Shown here: in pieces, positions 48,739-60,773 of the stretch | How the letters are laid out: every line of letters starts with the position of its first letter | Numbering within the stretch: position 1 is the stretch's first letter | Origin: Caldilineales bacterium | GTDB taxonomy: Bacteria > Chloroflexota > Anaerolineae > JAAEKA01 | DNA: 64,000 bases | Assembly: GCA_041391245.1 (NCBI GenBank) | Contig: JAWKOJ010000020.1 | Span: 33,345 to 97,344, forward strand | Direction of reading: 5' to 3' | Position numbers and translations under genes: made by a program | Notes under the pieces: model-generated | What the model was told of the DNA's origin: nothing | Database searches by the model: none | The model's input: the letters and a program-made list of their open reading frames with translations, nothing else

Positions 48739-50220
48739 TCACATGGTTTCCTGGATCGCCTCGGCGGCCTTGGCATTCAGGTCTTCCAGCAGGGTTGGGA
48801 TGTCGTCCGGGCTGCCTTGCAGGATGGCGTTGAAGGTGTCACCAACGTCGCGGCGGACGGTGGTCCAGGAGGCCCAGGCCGGCTCGGCCTTGCCGGAGTC
48901 GAGGAAGGTCAGCCCCAGCGACCAGATCGGGTTGTCGGCGCCGTAGGACTCGATGAGCGGCAGGGTGTCGCTGCGGGTCGGATAGTAGGCGCTGCCTCGA
49001 TCCACTTGGCCTGCACCTCGGGCGAGGTCAGGTACTTCATGAACAGCCAGGTGGCCATCATGCGTTCGGGGTTGGTGTTGGCCATGGCGACGTACTGGCC
49101 GAACAGGTCCACGGAGCTGCCGCCGTCCTTGCCCATGAACGGGATGATCGTCCACTCGTCCTTGATCGCGTCCTCGGCGTCGAAGGCGGAGATCTGGTAG
49201 GGCAGGCCCGCCGTGGAGCTCATGGTGAAGAGCGCCTTGCGGGTGGCGAACTCCGGGTTCGGGTAAGACTCGGTGGCAAAGGCGCAGCCGCTGTCCCACA
49301 GGTCCTTCCACATGGCGGCCACGTCTGACACGGTGGGGTCGGTGAAGTCGTAGCCATCGCCGGCCGCGTGCTCAGCATGTTGCCGCCGTTGGCGAATGTG
49401 AAGGAGGCCACGTTGGAGGCGCCGGCGTAGAGCACCAGGCCGCCCGTGCCGTCGTTGTCGGGATTGTCGTCGCTGTTGTTGGCTTCAGCAGCGGCGCAGG
49501 CCTGCGCCTTGAACTCCTCGTAGTTGGTGGGAGCGTTCTCGAAGCCCAGTTCCTTGGCCCAGCCGGCGTTGTAGAACAGGACGTTCTCGGACTGGCTGAT
49601 GGGGAAGGCGAAGAGCGAGCCGCCGGCAGCCTTACCGCCATCCAGCGATCCCTGGAAGAAGGCAGCCTGCTCGTCGGCAGACAGGCCGAAGTCGGCATCG
49701 TTGACGTAGGGGTCAAATCGACGATAGAGTCCACGGCGTACCAGTTGGCCATGGCGTTGGTGTAGCCGGTGACCATGTCAGGCAAGTCGCCCGACTGGAC
49801 GGCGGCGTTGAATGCGTCTTCCAGGTTGTTGTACTGGCCCTGCTCCAGCGACTCCACGGTGATGCCGTACTCGTTGCTGGCGTTGAACTCATCCACGATG
49901 GCCTGCAGCGCCTCGCTGGGGCCGCCCGTGCCCCAGACGTGCCAGAAAACGATGTTCTGGCCGGTGGGATCTACGGCGGGCATGGCCGCTTCCTCAGCCG
50001 GCGCTGCGGTAGGCTCCTCCATCGGTGCTTCGGTCGGTTCCTCGGCTGCGGTTGGCTCGGCGGCCGGTGGTTCGGTCGGGGCAACGGTAGGTGCTTCGGT
50101 CGCCGCCGCGGGCGGGGCTTCCTGGGCGGGGGCTGGTGTTTCGGCGGGGCCGCATGCGCTCAGCAGCATGGCAGTGACGACTGCCAGCGCCAGAAGAATC
50201 TTGATGGTTTTGCTCGACAT
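48739..50220 (-). pseudogene. sugar ABC transporter substrate-binding lipoprotein (family 1 SBP), at least 2 frameshifts
   Basis: MSSKTIKILLALAVVTAMLLSACG... (lipobox) plus Pro/Ala/Glu linker and NIVFWHVWGTGGPSEALQAIVDEFN; the rest spreads over ORFs 48909..49331 and 48739..49311. Confidence 0.65.
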
Positions 50221-50314
50221 GGTTGCTTCTTACTCCTTGTAGGCTACACTAAGAACAGATAGATAGACGACACGGCAGCGTTTGTTGTGAGGTTGGCACC
50301 TCCTTCACTTCGGA

Positions 50315-51187
50315 TCAGCCTTTCAATCCACTGCGGGAAATGCTCTCGGTGAACTGCTTCTGCGTGAAGAAGTATAGCACCAGAACCGGGATGATGACAA
50401 TGAACGCCCCGGCCATCATCAGGTTGATCATCTGGCCCGCTTCGTCGATGAAGCTGTAGAGGCCCACCGAGACCGGCCGCCAGTCGGGGGAGTTGGTCAC
50501 CAGCAGCGGCCACGCCAGCGCGTTCCAGGTGCCGATGAAGGACAGGACGATGATGACCATCAGCGGCGCCTTGGAGAGGGGCAGGACCACGCTCCACAGG
50601 AAGCGCAGATGGCCCGCGCCGTCGATCTGCGCCGAGTCGAACAGCTCGTCCGGTATCTGGATAAAGAACTGGCGCAGCAGGAAGATCGAGAAGATGTTGC
50701 CCATGAACGGTATCGTCAGCGCCGGCCAGTTGTTGATCCATCGGATCGGCCCGATGCGCCCCAGCCAGGTCACGGTCAGAAAGTTTGGGATGATCGTCAC
50801 CATGGCCGGGATCATCAGCGTGGCGAGCAGCAGGGCAAAGATCACGTCGCGGCCGGGAAACTTAATGCGGGCAAAGGCATACGCTGCCAGGATGCTGACC
50901 ACCATCTCGCCGGCCAGGGTAATGACCGTGATGCGCACGCTGTTCCACATGTACAGCGAGAACCTGGCTTCCTTCCAGGCCTCGGCGTAGTTCTCGAAGT
51001 GCAGCGCCGATGGAATCAGCCGGGTGCCCTGCGCGTCGGGCAGCGACATGACCGAAGTCGAGATCATCCAGAAGAAGGGGAAGATGGCGACGATGGCGCC
51101 CAGCACCAGCACCGTGTAGGTGAAGATCTTGCGCGTCGGCACGCGGGCAGCCAGGCTCTCGCGGTTGGAAGGGGTCATCTCAGCCAT
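50315..51187 (-). CDS. ABC transporter permease (MalG-like, carbohydrate)
   Basis: Six TM helices, EAA-like loop ...[19 protein letters not shown]. Confidence 0.8.
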   Translation of the reverse strand: MAEMTPSNRESLAARVPTRKIFTYTVLVLGAIVAIFPFFWMISTSVMSLPDAQGTRLIPSALHFENYAEAWKEARFSLYMWNSVRITVITLAGEMVVSILAAYAFARIKFPGRDVIFALLLATLMIPAMVTIIPNFLTVTWLGRIGPIRWINNWPALTIPFMGNIFSIFLLRQFFIQIPDELFDSAQIDGAGHLRFLWSVVLPLSKAPLMVIIVLSFIGTWNALAWPLLVTNSPDWRPVSVGLYSFIDEAGQMINLMMAGAFIVIIPVLVLYFFTQKQFTESISRSGLKG

Positions 51188-52771
51188 AGAACACTCGCGA
51201 TCCCTGCAGTCTGTTGTTGATGAAGGTAAGTCCCAGAATGATGGCAAACAGGATGAAGGCCATGGCTGAGGCGTAGCCATAGCGCAGTTTCTCGAAGAAC
51301 TCGGTGAAGATAACCACGCTGAAGGTGTCGGTGGTGCCCAACGCCGCGTCGAGGCGCATGACCCAGATGTGGTTGAACGCCTTGAACGTGCCGATCACCG
51401 AGATCAGGGTCAGGAAGTAGGTGGTAGGCGACAGCAGAGGGAAGGTGATGTGCCGGAAGACCTGCCAGCGGCCGGCGCCGTCTACCTCGGCGGCTTCGCC
51501 CAGCTCCCGAGGGATGTTGCCCAGCCCGGCCATGTAGATGACAGTGTCGTAGCCCACGAAGACCCAGATCGAGAACGTCATAATCACGACCAGCGCCAGG
51601 CTGGGACCGGCAGCCCACTCAGGCCAGTTCCCCAGGCCAAGCTTCAGCGCCATCAACTCGAAGATGCCCTTGGGTTCCCACAGCCACTGCAGCGGCTCCA
51701 GCCCCAGCAGCCGCATCCCGGCGTTGACCGGCGCCTGCAGGCGGTTCGAGAAAAGCTGGCGGAAGACCGCGGCGCTGGCTACCACCGGCGTCACGTAGGG
51801 CATGAAGTACATCACGCGGAACAGTCCTGAGCCGCGCAGGTTCTGGAAGAGCAGCACGGCCAGAAACATCGAAATGCCCAGTTGGAAAGGAATCGTGCCC
51901 AGGGCGTAGAACAGCGGGGCCCGCAGCCCCACCCACAGGTCCGGGTCGCCGGCCGCCACGACCACCGGAATCTCGCCGATCATGATCCAGCCGCCGATGA
52001 TGAACACCGTCGCCGCCGCCAGCCGCAGGATGAAGTGCAGGTTGCTGGGCTGGTCGTTGGAGCGCTGCCACAGCTTCCAGCCGATGAACAGCAGGATCAA
52101 CCCCGTGGCGATACTGACGAACTGCGGCAAGAACCCAGGGTCCTCGCCGGTTTGAACGGCGGTGTTGTAGGCAGCCATCATCTGGCCGTACACGTAGACC
52201 AGCAGGATCGTCCCGGCTCCGATCAAAAACCAGATGACGGCCAGTTCGAACTGGCGCTGCACGGTCTTGGGCGAGGGCCACAGGTACAGCGTGACAGCGA
52301 CCGCCAGCAGCGCTCCCAGGATCAGCCAGAACATGGTCGCGCGGCCGCCAACACGGGATCGGCGGTGGCCGCCTCGCGCAGCAACTGCATGAACAGCTCG
52401 CGCGTCTTCTCCACCCCGCGGATCTTGTCGGCAATGTCCAGCACGTTGGGCAGCAGGACGACCGTCCAACGGATGAAGCTCAGCGCCACGCCTGCCAGCA
52501 GGATGCCGGGTACCGTGAGCACCCAGAACCTCAGCCGCTCCCCCTCGAAGCTCCGGTACATCTTCAGCAACCTGACGAAGGCAAAGACCAGCAGACCAAC
52601 GCCCAACCCGAAGGCCAGCAGATACGCCACCGGCCCGATCGCGTTGGTGTAGTTTTCCATGCCGATGATGTCGCCGCGCTTGAGCCGCCACTTGTGCAGG
52701 CTGACGAAGAGGGCAAAACCGACGGGAAAAATGCCAAAGGTGAAGATGAGGAGGACGGCCGGCGCGATCAT
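51180..52771 (-). CDS. ABC transporter permease (MalF-like), one apparent frameshift near 52330
   Basis: N-terminus [22 protein letters not shown]... (ORF 52322..52771) continues in another frame as [12 protein letters not shown]...[22 protein letters not shown] (EAA motif). Confidence 0.65.
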
Positions 52772-53007
52772 CGCGTAGCCGGTCAGATATTCGCCACTGG
52801 CGCACGCTGCGGCGTCAGCCAGGCAGCCAGGCGGCTCCTGCCCGGCTGGACTGCCTCGACGAACTCAGTGGCCAGGGTCTGTTTTCTTCGTGTTCCATTC
52901 TGTCTTGGAACTGCGTGTGAACGGCGGTGCGCCGCGTGGAAACGAACTGTCGCCCCTAAGTATATCCGATTTTGCCGACCCTGCCAGTTCTGCGTTCCTG
53001 CGCGCTT

Positions 53008-53454
53008 CTATTCGCTGCCTTCGGCCAGCCGCTTGAGAACAGGCAGAATCGTCGCGCCCGTCTTGCGGGCGCCGCGGGCGGCGTAGAGTCCGATGAGCTT
53101 GCCAAAGGGACCGTACGGAAACTCGATGTGGTCGTTGAAGCTGAACCTGCTCCCCGAAGCGGTCGGTTCGATTTCCCACCGCTCATCGTAGCTCTTGAAG
53201 AAATCGCCGGAAGTCATCCGGTAGACGAACAACCGGTTCTCAACCCATTCGGTCGTCTCAAAGTGCAGCTTGTAGAGGTTGCTCCCAACCAGTTCCTCCC
53301 AGTAGAAGGTCGATCCCGGACCGCCTGGCGGGTCGCTGGTCCACTCATAGACCTTCAAGGCGGTGAACCATTGCTTCGCCTTCTCCGGCTCGACCAGATA
53401 GGGCCAGACCTTCTCAGGCGGAGCATTGATATCGACAGACATTTGGACAAGCAT
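53008..53454 (-). CDS. SRPBCC (Bet v1-like/polyketide cyclase) family protein
   Basis: MLVQMSVDINAPPEKVWPYLVEPEKAKQWF... Confidence 0.6.
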   Translation of the reverse strand: MLVQMSVDINAPPEKVWPYLVEPEKAKQWFTALKVYEWTSDPPGGPGSTFYWEELVGSNLYKLHFETTEWVENRLFVYRMTSGDFFKSYDERWEIEPTASGSRFSFNDHIEFPYGPFGKLIGLYAARGARKTGATILPVLKRLAEGSE

Positions 53455-53714
53455 CCCGTTCCTCCAGTTCTGATCGCAGACACGCGATCTCATTCGTTTG
53501 TTGGCTGTCCGGCGCAAGTATAGCACCCCACCTGCACAAGGTCAAGGCAAACACGAAAGTCCTCGTATCTCATGTGTCAGCTTGTCGTGCCAACAGTTCA
53601 CCTGAAGCCATCTTGTCAAATACGGACGGGCGCTGCCTTGCTTTCCAGACTGCTGTCAGCAGCTGGGCGTTCTCCGCGGCAGGTAGTTCTGAAGGAGTCA
53701 CTCATCGTGCCGAT

Positions 53715-54518
53715 TTACCCTTTCCTTGCGGTGACGATATGGGCGGACAACCTAAACGTCATTTTGCCGTCGTCGGCGACATATGAACTGAGCGACTGCT
53801 CAGCCTGCTGCAGGATGTGGTCGATCTGATCTTCGGGCAGGACGACACCCATCACCGGCAGCCAACCGCGCAGATCCGCCTCTACCATGGTACGAACACT
53901 GGGGAACCGGGCAGTGCCGTGCCGAGTGGTGATCTCGATCGAGGCGGCGCTTGTATCCGTGAACAAAGCGGCCAACTCTTCCCGGTTGCCAAGTGCGAAG
54001 GGTATGCGCAAAGCATTGGCAGCCTGTTGCCCGGCGGTTTGCTCAAGAAGCGCCACCTCTGCGGCGTAGGCGGGCATGCTGGCAAGCGAATCCCAGACGA
54101 CGACGGCCAGACGACCTCCGGGTGTCAGGACGCGCAGCATCTCTTGAATGGCCCGCCGTCGATCTGCGAAGAGCATCAGGCCAAACTGGCTTACCACGGC
54201 CTCGAACGATTGATCCGCAAACGGCAGCGACTCGGCGACTCCCTCCCGCCACTGGACGGCCGGAGCAAGCTGCCTGCCTACGACAACCATGCCAGGGCCC
54301 GGGTCGATTGCCACCACCCGCCCGTCCGGCCCCAGGCGCGCCGCGATCTCGCGCGCCAGCACACCGGTGCCGGCAGCAACATCCAGCACTCGCTGGCCAC
54401 GTTGGACCTGCACCGCGTCGGCAACCATGGCCGCCCATTGCCCGAAGATCGCCGGAACGAACAGCGATTCGTAGGCGTTGGCTGCATCGATCTGATCTTG
54501 CAACGTTGTTTCACTCAT
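53715..54518 (-). CDS. class I SAM-dependent methyltransferase
   Basis: VLDVAAGTGVLAREIA (motif I), VVSQFGLMLF, LTPGGRLAVVVW. Confidence 0.8.
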   Translation of the reverse strand: MSETTLQDQIDAANAYESLFVPAIFGQWAAMVADAVQVQRGQRVLDVAAGTGVLAREIAARLGPDGRVVAIDPGPGMVVVGRQLAPAVQWREGVAESLPFADQSFEAVVSQFGLMLFADRRRAIQEMLRVLTPGGRLAVVVWDSLASMPAYAAEVALLEQTAGQQAANALRIPFALGNREELAALFTDTSAASIEITTRHGTARFPSVRTMVEADLRGWLPVMGVVLPEDQIDHILQQAEQSLSSYVADDGKMTFRLSAHIVTARKG

Positions 54519-54637
54519 GAGTTTGCTCCTTTCACTCCAGTTATCGACGACACCCCCGTTGGTCACATGAACGCAACAGCCGTCGACTTTTCCCCAGGTG
54601 TTCTATTCAACCACGATTCGGGAGCAGAATCAACCGT

Positions 54638-55045
54638 TCATTGCAGGGCCGGCCAGTTGAGAAGAATCAGAACCGTCCACACCAGGGCGAAGATCGGCGG
54701 GATCGGCAGGGCGAACCCCCACCAGAAGATCGCGCCCGCCGGAAGCAACACGAGCGAGAGAACGGCGCCGGACCGGTGACCACCCCAGAGCAGCACGCCG
54801 GCAACAAACTCAAGAATGCAGACAAGGAGAAAGGCGGCCAGCAGCGGGACGGTGGTTGGGATGCCGGCACGCTCGAAGGGCCCGTGCCCGTAGGCGGGAA
54901 ACCCCATGACCATCGGGATATCGCGGCCGGCCAGCAGGTTGCGTATGGCCGGGATGCAGAACACGCCGATGCCAACGGCGATGAACAACTGGAGAACGGC
55001 TGCCACCCGAATTGAGGTTGGAACCGTCGTTTCACCTGCGAGCAT
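54638..55045 (-). CDS. small membrane protein
   Basis: Four hydrophobic helices; no family assigned. Confidence 0.4.
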   Translation of the reverse strand: MLAGETTVPTSIRVAAVLQLFIAVGIGVFCIPAIRNLLAGRDIPMVMGFPAYGHGPFERAGIPTTVPLLAAFLLVCILEFVAGVLLWGGHRSGAVLSLVLLPAGAIFWWGFALPIPPIFALVWTVLILLNWPALQ

Positions 55046-55072
55046 GGGTCGTTTCCTCCGGTTCCCCGGCGC

Positions 55073-55633
55073 CTACACACGCATCAGCAGCGCCACACCG
55101 ATCAACACGGGCGCGACGTGGTGCAGCACCGGATAGTAGATGTCGTCCGGGCGAAGGACGGCGAACAGCGCCAGCCAGCCAAGATTCCAAACGATGGTCA
55201 GCCAGGCAGCCCACGCCGGCACGATCCCGGTGCGCAACAGCGCTACGCCGAACGCCGCTTGAACAAGAAACGCCAGCGCCACGTAGATCACGACCTGTGC
55301 GGTGACCCACTGGCGGTCGTGGAGGAACGTGCCCTCCGCCGCCAGCAGCACGGCCGTGCCGATCACGTAGACCGTCAGCGCCAGCCGGGCAATGATAAGG
55401 TCGCCGGAGTTCTGCAAGAGGTCGGCCAGCACCACAAAGCCGAGTACGTTGACCAGCGCGGCGGCGATCACCCAGCCGCGCTCCCACAGCAGATAGGTGT
55501 CTGTCTGCGCCGCGGGCCACTTCAGAATCGCCCGGCCGGTATAGAGCAGGCCGCCCACAACAAAGACAAGGAAGCAACCGATCAGCAGGAAGCCTGCCAG
55601 TCTGCGTTCAAGCAACAACGTCTGCGCATCCAT
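55073..55633 (-). CDS. integral membrane protein
   Basis: Five or six TM helices; no family assigned. Confidence 0.45.
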   Translation of the reverse strand: MDAQTLLLERRLAGFLLIGCFLVFVVGGLLYTGRAILKWPAAQTDTYLLWERGWVIAAALVNVLGFVVLADLLQNSGDLIIARLALTVYVIGTAVLLAAEGTFLHDRQWVTAQVVIYVALAFLVQAAFGVALLRTGIVPAWAAWLTIVWNLGWLALFAVLRPDDIYYPVLHHVAPVLIGVALLMRV

Positions 55634-55650
55634 GGATTCTGCTCCTCAAA

Positions 55651-56651
55651 CTACTTTGTCGGACTATCCACAGGCGCCAGGCCGTGCAGATAGGCGTACA
55701 TCGCGCTCAGCTCATCGTCGCTGGCAGCGGCGCGCACCATGGGCCACGGCATCAGCGGCTCGGTGAATCCACTGGGAAGCGTCAAGGTCGGCACGGTCGA
55801 GCCATCGGGCAGCGTGCCCGAGTTGAAGAACGCCATGAACTGCCCCTCGGTCCACTGCGGCACGATCCGGGTGAGATTGGGGCCGGGCGGCGGGCCGGGC
55901 TGGTTGCTGGCCACCTTGCCTTGCAGGTGATCGCCGTGGCAATCGCTGCAGCCGAGGATGTCCACCATGTACTTGCCATAGGCTGCAGTCCCGGGCGGCG
56001 GCGCGGTCACGTGGCTCACCGGCTGTTGCGCGGTACGGAAGTCCGACAGATTCGTAAAGACCGCGCCGAGCAGATTGAAGCGATTGCTCGGGGTTGGGCC
56101 GCCCGTGGCGGGCTGCGAGCGCAGGTACGCGACAAGCGCCTGCACGTCGTCGTCGCTCAGGTTGCGGAAATCCTCCGACGGCATGACGAGCAGCGACCGG
56201 CCGTCCTTGTGCACCCCCTCGCGGATGGCGCGGATGACCTCGCCGTCGGTCCAGCCGTCGATGTCGCCGCCGGGCGTGAGGTTAGGAGCATACAGCGTGC
56301 CCAGGGGCGGAAAAGCGAACTTGTGGACGAAGTTCGTCCCGGAGAGCGGCAGGTGGTTGTCGGTGGTGTGGCAGTTCACGCAGACCTGTGCCAACTGTTG
56401 GCCGCGCTGATTTGTGCTGCTGTTCCCGCTACCTTGATATCCGCTACGGGATTGTCGTGCCGCTGGTTCAATTTGGCGAACCCGCTCAGCCCCAGGACGA
56501 GCAGCACTGCCGGTATCAACGTCAACAGTCCGCAGGCGGCCACGCCGAACCACTTCAAAAGAGGTCTCTTCAGTTTCCAGGCGCGCGTGGCCAGGAATCC
56601 GAAGAGCGCAATGAGCGCGATCAGAATGATGACTCCTGCAATGTCAAACAT
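55651..56651 (-). CDS. membrane-anchored diheme c-type cytochrome (one apparent frameshift near 56400)
   Basis: N-terminal TM anchor MFDIAGVIILIALIALFGFLA (ORF 56376..56711), then in another frame two CxxCH motifs: CVNCHT and CSDCHG. Confidence 0.6.
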
Positions 56652-56676
56652 GGACGTGTCTCCTCGTGAGTACCAA

Positions 56677-57105
56677 TCAGGCGTTAGGGCGCGGCGGCGG
56701 CATGAGGCCAAGCTGCTGCATCAGGCCCAGCATGTCGGATTCCACCCACAGTTCCGCCAGCTTGCCGTCGGCGATCCGCCAGATCTCGACAAACGACGAC
56801 CTGACACGTTTCCCTGTCGGCGCCATGCCCAGGAACATGCCCTGGTGGGTTCCTTCGCCGGTCACCCGACGCACCACTTTGTCGCCTTCGGCAATGGTGT
56901 CCACGGCGGTCCAGCGTCCATCCGGGAACGCGGCAAACTGCATGGTGAAAAACATCCGCACGCCTTCGATGCCCGGCGGCAGCCCGGCAGGCGGCGTGTG
57001 ATCAACAAAATCCGGGCTGAGCAGAGCCAGCGCTGCATCCAACTGGCGGGCGTTGATGCGCGCTTCCCATTCACTGGCCAAGGCTTTGTTTGTTTCGACA
57101 GACAT
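56677..57105 (-). CDS. SnoaL-like/ester cyclase (NTF2-fold) protein
   Basis: MSVETNKALASEWEARINARQLDAALALLSPDFVDHTPP... Confidence 0.6.
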   Translation of the reverse strand: MSVETNKALASEWEARINARQLDAALALLSPDFVDHTPPAGLPPGIEGVRMFFTMQFAAFPDGRWTAVDTIAEGDKVVRRVTGEGTHQGMFLGMAPTGKRVRSSFVEIWRIADGKLAELWVESDMLGLMQQLGLMPPPRPNA

Positions 57106-57348
57106 GGCGTTGCACTCCTTATGTGTCTTTTCGGGCGAACGTACTGAACGACTCCCGGTCGTGTCCAGTATGTCAGAGATGGTGGCCGCCGTCATGGGTG
57201 CATGCACCTATCCGCGCACCTATTCCTGATTGCTGCACGCATAAAAAAGCGGCTGATCATAACGACCAACCGCTGCGCATCGATCAAAGGTCTGAATTCT
57301 CCTGCGAAGTCGGACTTCTACAGCCTTCGTCTTCTGCCGTACTACAAG

Positions 57349-59844
57349 TTACCCGGTATCTCTTGCGATGCCGTTTTCGATGGCCCAGAGCACGATCTCT
57401 GTCCGCTTTGTGACTCCCAGCTTTCCCAGGATGTTGGCGACGTGGTGTTCCACCGTCCGTTTGCTGAGCACCAGGCGGTCGGCGATCTCGCCGTTGGACA
57501 GACCGCTGGCGATCAGCCCGGCCACTTCCAGCTCGCGCGCGGTCAATGGTTGATCGGTCTCCTCCGAGCGCGGCGTGGTGGTCGTCGCCGGACGGAGCGC
57601 CTCGACGGCCGCGGCTTCCAGCGAAAGTTCGGCGCCGGCTGTCTGCTCCGTTTGCCATGTTTCCCCAGTGCATTGCGCCCGGGCCAGTTCCAGGGTCCGC
57701 TCGTACTCCTGGCGGGTCGCCGGCCATTTGGCGATGTGACTTTCCCAACCGCCCGCGGCCACGGCTGCCAACCAACGCGCCGCGTCGCCAGGCCTGCCGC
57801 GGGTGACCGCCAGCGCGGCAAACCCGGCCAGGCACTCAGCCATGCCGGCCATGTTGTGCTGTGCCTGCTGGATCGTCAGCGCTTCGCGAAAACAAGAATC
57901 CGCACTGTTGATGTCGCCGAGACGCAGGTGTGCGTAGCCCAGGTTGTACAGCAGGCTGGCTACATCACGGGCTGCGCCGATCTGGCGCAGCAACGCTACA
58001 CCCTCAAGGTAGGCAGACCGCGCGCCGGCGAAGTTCCCCTGGCAGCGCGCCAGATCGCCCAGAACGTTGAGGGTCATGGCAATCCTGTAGGGATCGCCGG
58101 CAGCGCGTGCCACCGGCAGGGCCTCTTCCAGAGCGCTGCGGGCCGCGTCATACCTGCCAAGCGCCAGTGCGGTTTCACCCTTGATGATCAGACCCATGTT
58201 CAGGTAGTAGACATACTCGTCGCCCAAGGCTCGGAATGTCTCGATGTACTGCTCGCCCAGCGCATACATGGCCTGGATCTCGCCCGTCGCCCGCAGACCG
58301 GAGGCCAGTCCGGCCAGGGCAAAGCCGAGGATGTGCCTGCCCTCTTCGCCCATCGCTTCGCCAATGGCGACCGCCCGGCGTCCGTAGACCAGCGCTGCCT
58401 GGCCGTCGCCGAGAAATTCCGACAGGAAGGCAGCGTAGTTGCAGGCGCCGGCGTGGACATCCGGCGCCACGCTATCGTCCGCCTGCGCCAACAGTTGCTC
58501 AAACCATGCCAGACCCTCACGCCGGTAGTTGCGAATCTCCCAGAACAGGTAAAGCGCAGACGCGATGCGCAACCCCGATTCGATTCGCCCACTCTCCAAC
58601 GCCCAGGCCAGCGCGGCGCGGATGTTGTCGTGTTCGCCGTCAAGCCAGCTGAACCAGATCTGTTGGTAGGGGCCGATGAGTTTTTGCGCCGTTTCCTCGG
58701 CCCGCCAGACAAACAGGTCGAGGTGACGATCGCGCAGGCGGACAGTTTCGCCTGCTTCGTCCAGCTTCTCGCGGGCGTAGGCCCGGATCGTAGCCAGCAG
58801 GCGATAGCGGGCTTCCGCACGCGCCAACGTTTCGGCCACCACCAGGGACCTGGCAACCAGCGCAGAAAGCAGATCGAGGACCTGGCTGCGCGCAAGATCA
58901 TCGCCCGTACAAACCTCCTCGACCATGTCCAGTGAAAAGCCCGCCTCGAAAACGGCCAGCCGGCGCAGCAGGATCTGCTCGGAAGGGGTCAGCAGGTCGT
59001 AGCTCCAGTCCATCGCGGCTTGCAGGGTCTGGTGGTGCGGCGCCTGGCCGACGCGCTGTCCTGAGACCAGCAGCGAAAAGCGATCGGCGAGGCGCGCTGC
59101 GATCTGCTCGAGGCTGAGCACCCGCACCCGTGCGCTGGCCAGCTCGATGGCCAGCGGTATCCCGTCCAGACGGCGGCAGATGTCCACGACCAGCGCAGCG
59201 TTGTCCGGCGTCAGCGCAAAGCCGGGCCGGATCGCCTGCGCCCGGTCCACGAACAGCCGGATAGCATCGTAGCTGAGGCAATCGGCGGTGGATGGCGACG
59301 GGTCGACGCCGGTGTCCAAAATCGGCGGAAGAGCCAGCGGCGGCACGTAGTAGCTGACTTCGCCCAGCAGGTCGAGGGGCGCGCGGCTGGTAGCCAGGAT
59401 GTGCATCTGCGGCGCGTGCGAAAGCAGCGACTGTACCAGCGCTGCACAGGCATCGGCCAGGTGTTCGCAGTTGTCCAGGACGAGCAGCATCTGGCGGGAC
59501 TGCACGGCAAGCAGGAGGGTCTGCGTCAGCGGTCGGTTGGGCGTTTCGTAGATGTCCAGCGCCTGCGCCACCAGTTGCGGCACCAGAGTCGGCTCGTGCA
59601 GCAGCGCCAGATCGACAAGCGCAACCCCGTCTGCATAGTGGTCGCGCACCTCGCTGGCTGCCTGCAGGGCGAGGCGCGTCTTGCCGCAGCCCCCGGCGCC
59701 GGTCAACGTCACCAGGCGCGACGCAGCCATCAACGGGCGCACCTCTGCCAGCTCGCGCTCGCGTCCGATGAAGCGGGTCAACTGTCCGAACAGATCACCT
59801 GGTGCCATCGCAATTACCGCCAAGGTTCCCCGATTATACTCCAA
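57349..59844 (-). CDS. LuxR-family transcriptional regulator with NB-ARC P-loop NTPase and TPR repeats (intact paralog)
   Basis: [28 protein letters not shown], multiple TPR-like segments, C-terminal [43 protein letters not shown] (GerE/LuxR HTH). Confidence 0.8.
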   Translation of the reverse strand: MEYNRGTLAVIAMAPGDLFGQLTRFIGRERELAEVRPLMAASRLVTLTGAGGCGKTRLALQAASEVRDHYADGVALVDLALLHEPTLVPQLVAQALDIYETPNRPLTQTLLLAVQSRQMLLVLDNCEHLADACAALVQSLLSHAPQMHILATSRAPLDLLGEVSYYVPPLALPPILDTGVDPSPSTADCLSYDAIRLFVDRAQAIRPGFALTPDNAALVVDICRRLDGIPLAIELASARVRVLSLEQIAARLADRFSLLVSGQRVGQAPHHQTLQAAMDWSYDLLTPSEQILLRRLAVFEAGFSLDMVEEVCTGDDLARSQVLDLLSALVARSLVVAETLARAEARYRLLATIRAYAREKLDEAGETVRLRDRHLDLFVWRAEETAQKLIGPYQQIWFSWLDGEHDNIRAALAWALESGRIESGLRIASALYLFWEIRNYRREGLAWFEQLLAQADDSVAPDVHAGACNYAAFLSEFLGDGQAALVYGRRAVAIGEAMGEEGRHILGFALAGLASGLRATGEIQAMYALGEQYIETFRALGDEYVYYLNMGLIIKGETALALGRYDAARSALEEALPVARAAGDPYRIAMTLNVLGDLARCQGNFAGARSAYLEGVALLRQIGAARDVASLLYNLGYAHLRLGDINSADSCFREALTIQQAQHNMAGMAECLAGFAALAVTRGRPGDAARWLAAVAAGGWESHIAKWPATRQEYERTLELARAQCTGETWQTEQTAGAELSLEAAAVEALRPATTTTPRSEETDQPLTARELEVAGLIASGLSNGEIADRLVLSKRTVEHHVANILGKLGVTKRTEIVLWAIENGIARDTG

Positions 59845-59876
59845 TCTGGCGTGGGTTCAACCCCAACTCGTACGGC

Positions 59877-60773
59877 TTAACCGGGCGGGTGTTCACGCAG
59901 CCAGTGCCGCGCGATCTCCTCCCGCCGGCAGATCCAAACGGCTTCGCGCTCCTGCACGTAATCCAGGAAGCGCGCCAACGCCATCGCGCGAGCCGGCTGT
60001 CCGCTGATACGCGGGTGCAGGCCGACGCTCATCATCTTCGGCTGGCGCGCGCCCTCCTGCCACAGCAGGTCGAAAGCGTCCTTGAGCAGTTGCAGGAAAT
60101 CCGCGCCGGAGGCAAACCCGTTGGCCATCAGGTAGCGGGCGTCGTTGTTGACCAGCGTGTAGGGGATCGCCAGCAGCGGCGGCGATCCGGCGAGCCAGTA
60201 GGGCAGGTCATCGTTGTAGGCGTCGGAGGTGTAGAGGAACCCGCCCTCCTCGCGCACCAGCCGGCGCGTGTTGGGGCTTATCCGCCCGGTGTACCAACCG
60301 ACGGGACGCCGGCCGCAGATGCGCTCGATGACCTCGACGGTCAGGCGGATGTGGCGCCGTTCTTCCTCCTCGGGAACGGCGCGGTAGTCGATCCAGCGGT
60401 AGCCGTGGCCGGCGATCTCATGGCCGGCCGCGCCCAGCGCCTGTCCGATCTCGGGGGTCAGCTCCAGCGCCCGTCCGACCGCGAAAGCCGTCAGAGGCAG
60501 GCCGCGCGCCCGGAACAGCTCCAGGATGCGCCACACGCCCGCCCGCGAGCCGTACTCGAACAGCCCTTCCACGCTCAGGTCGCGTTCCCCGGCGCGCGCC
60601 GGCCGACCCGGCATCTCGTGCAGGTAGTCCTCCGACTGCGTATCGCCGTTGAGAATGCTGCGCTCGCCGCCTTCCTCGACGTTGAGCACGAACTGCACCG
60701 CGACGCGTGCTCCGCCAGGCCAGCGCGGATCGGGCGGCCGGCCGCCGTAGCCGAGGAGGTCCCGCTCGGCCAT
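59877..60773 (-). CDS. puuE: polysaccharide-deacetylase-fold allantoinase (PuuE-like)
   Basis: LLGYGGRPPDPRWPGGARVAVQFVLNVEEGGE...HGYRWIDY...: characteristic PuuE/chitin-deacetylase-like blocks. Confidence 0.7.
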   Translation of the reverse strand: MAERDLLGYGGRPPDPRWPGGARVAVQFVLNVEEGGERSILNGDTQSEDYLHEMPGRPARAGERDLSVEGLFEYGSRAGVWRILELFRARGLPLTAFAVGRALELTPEIGQALGAAGHEIAGHGYRWIDYRAVPEEEERRHIRLTVEVIERICGRRPVGWYTGRISPNTRRLVREEGGFLYTSDAYNDDLPYWLAGSPPLLAIPYTLVNNDARYLMANGFASGADFLQLLKDAFDLLWQEGARQPKMMSVGLHPRISGQPARAMALARFLDYVQEREAVWICRREEIARHWLREHPPG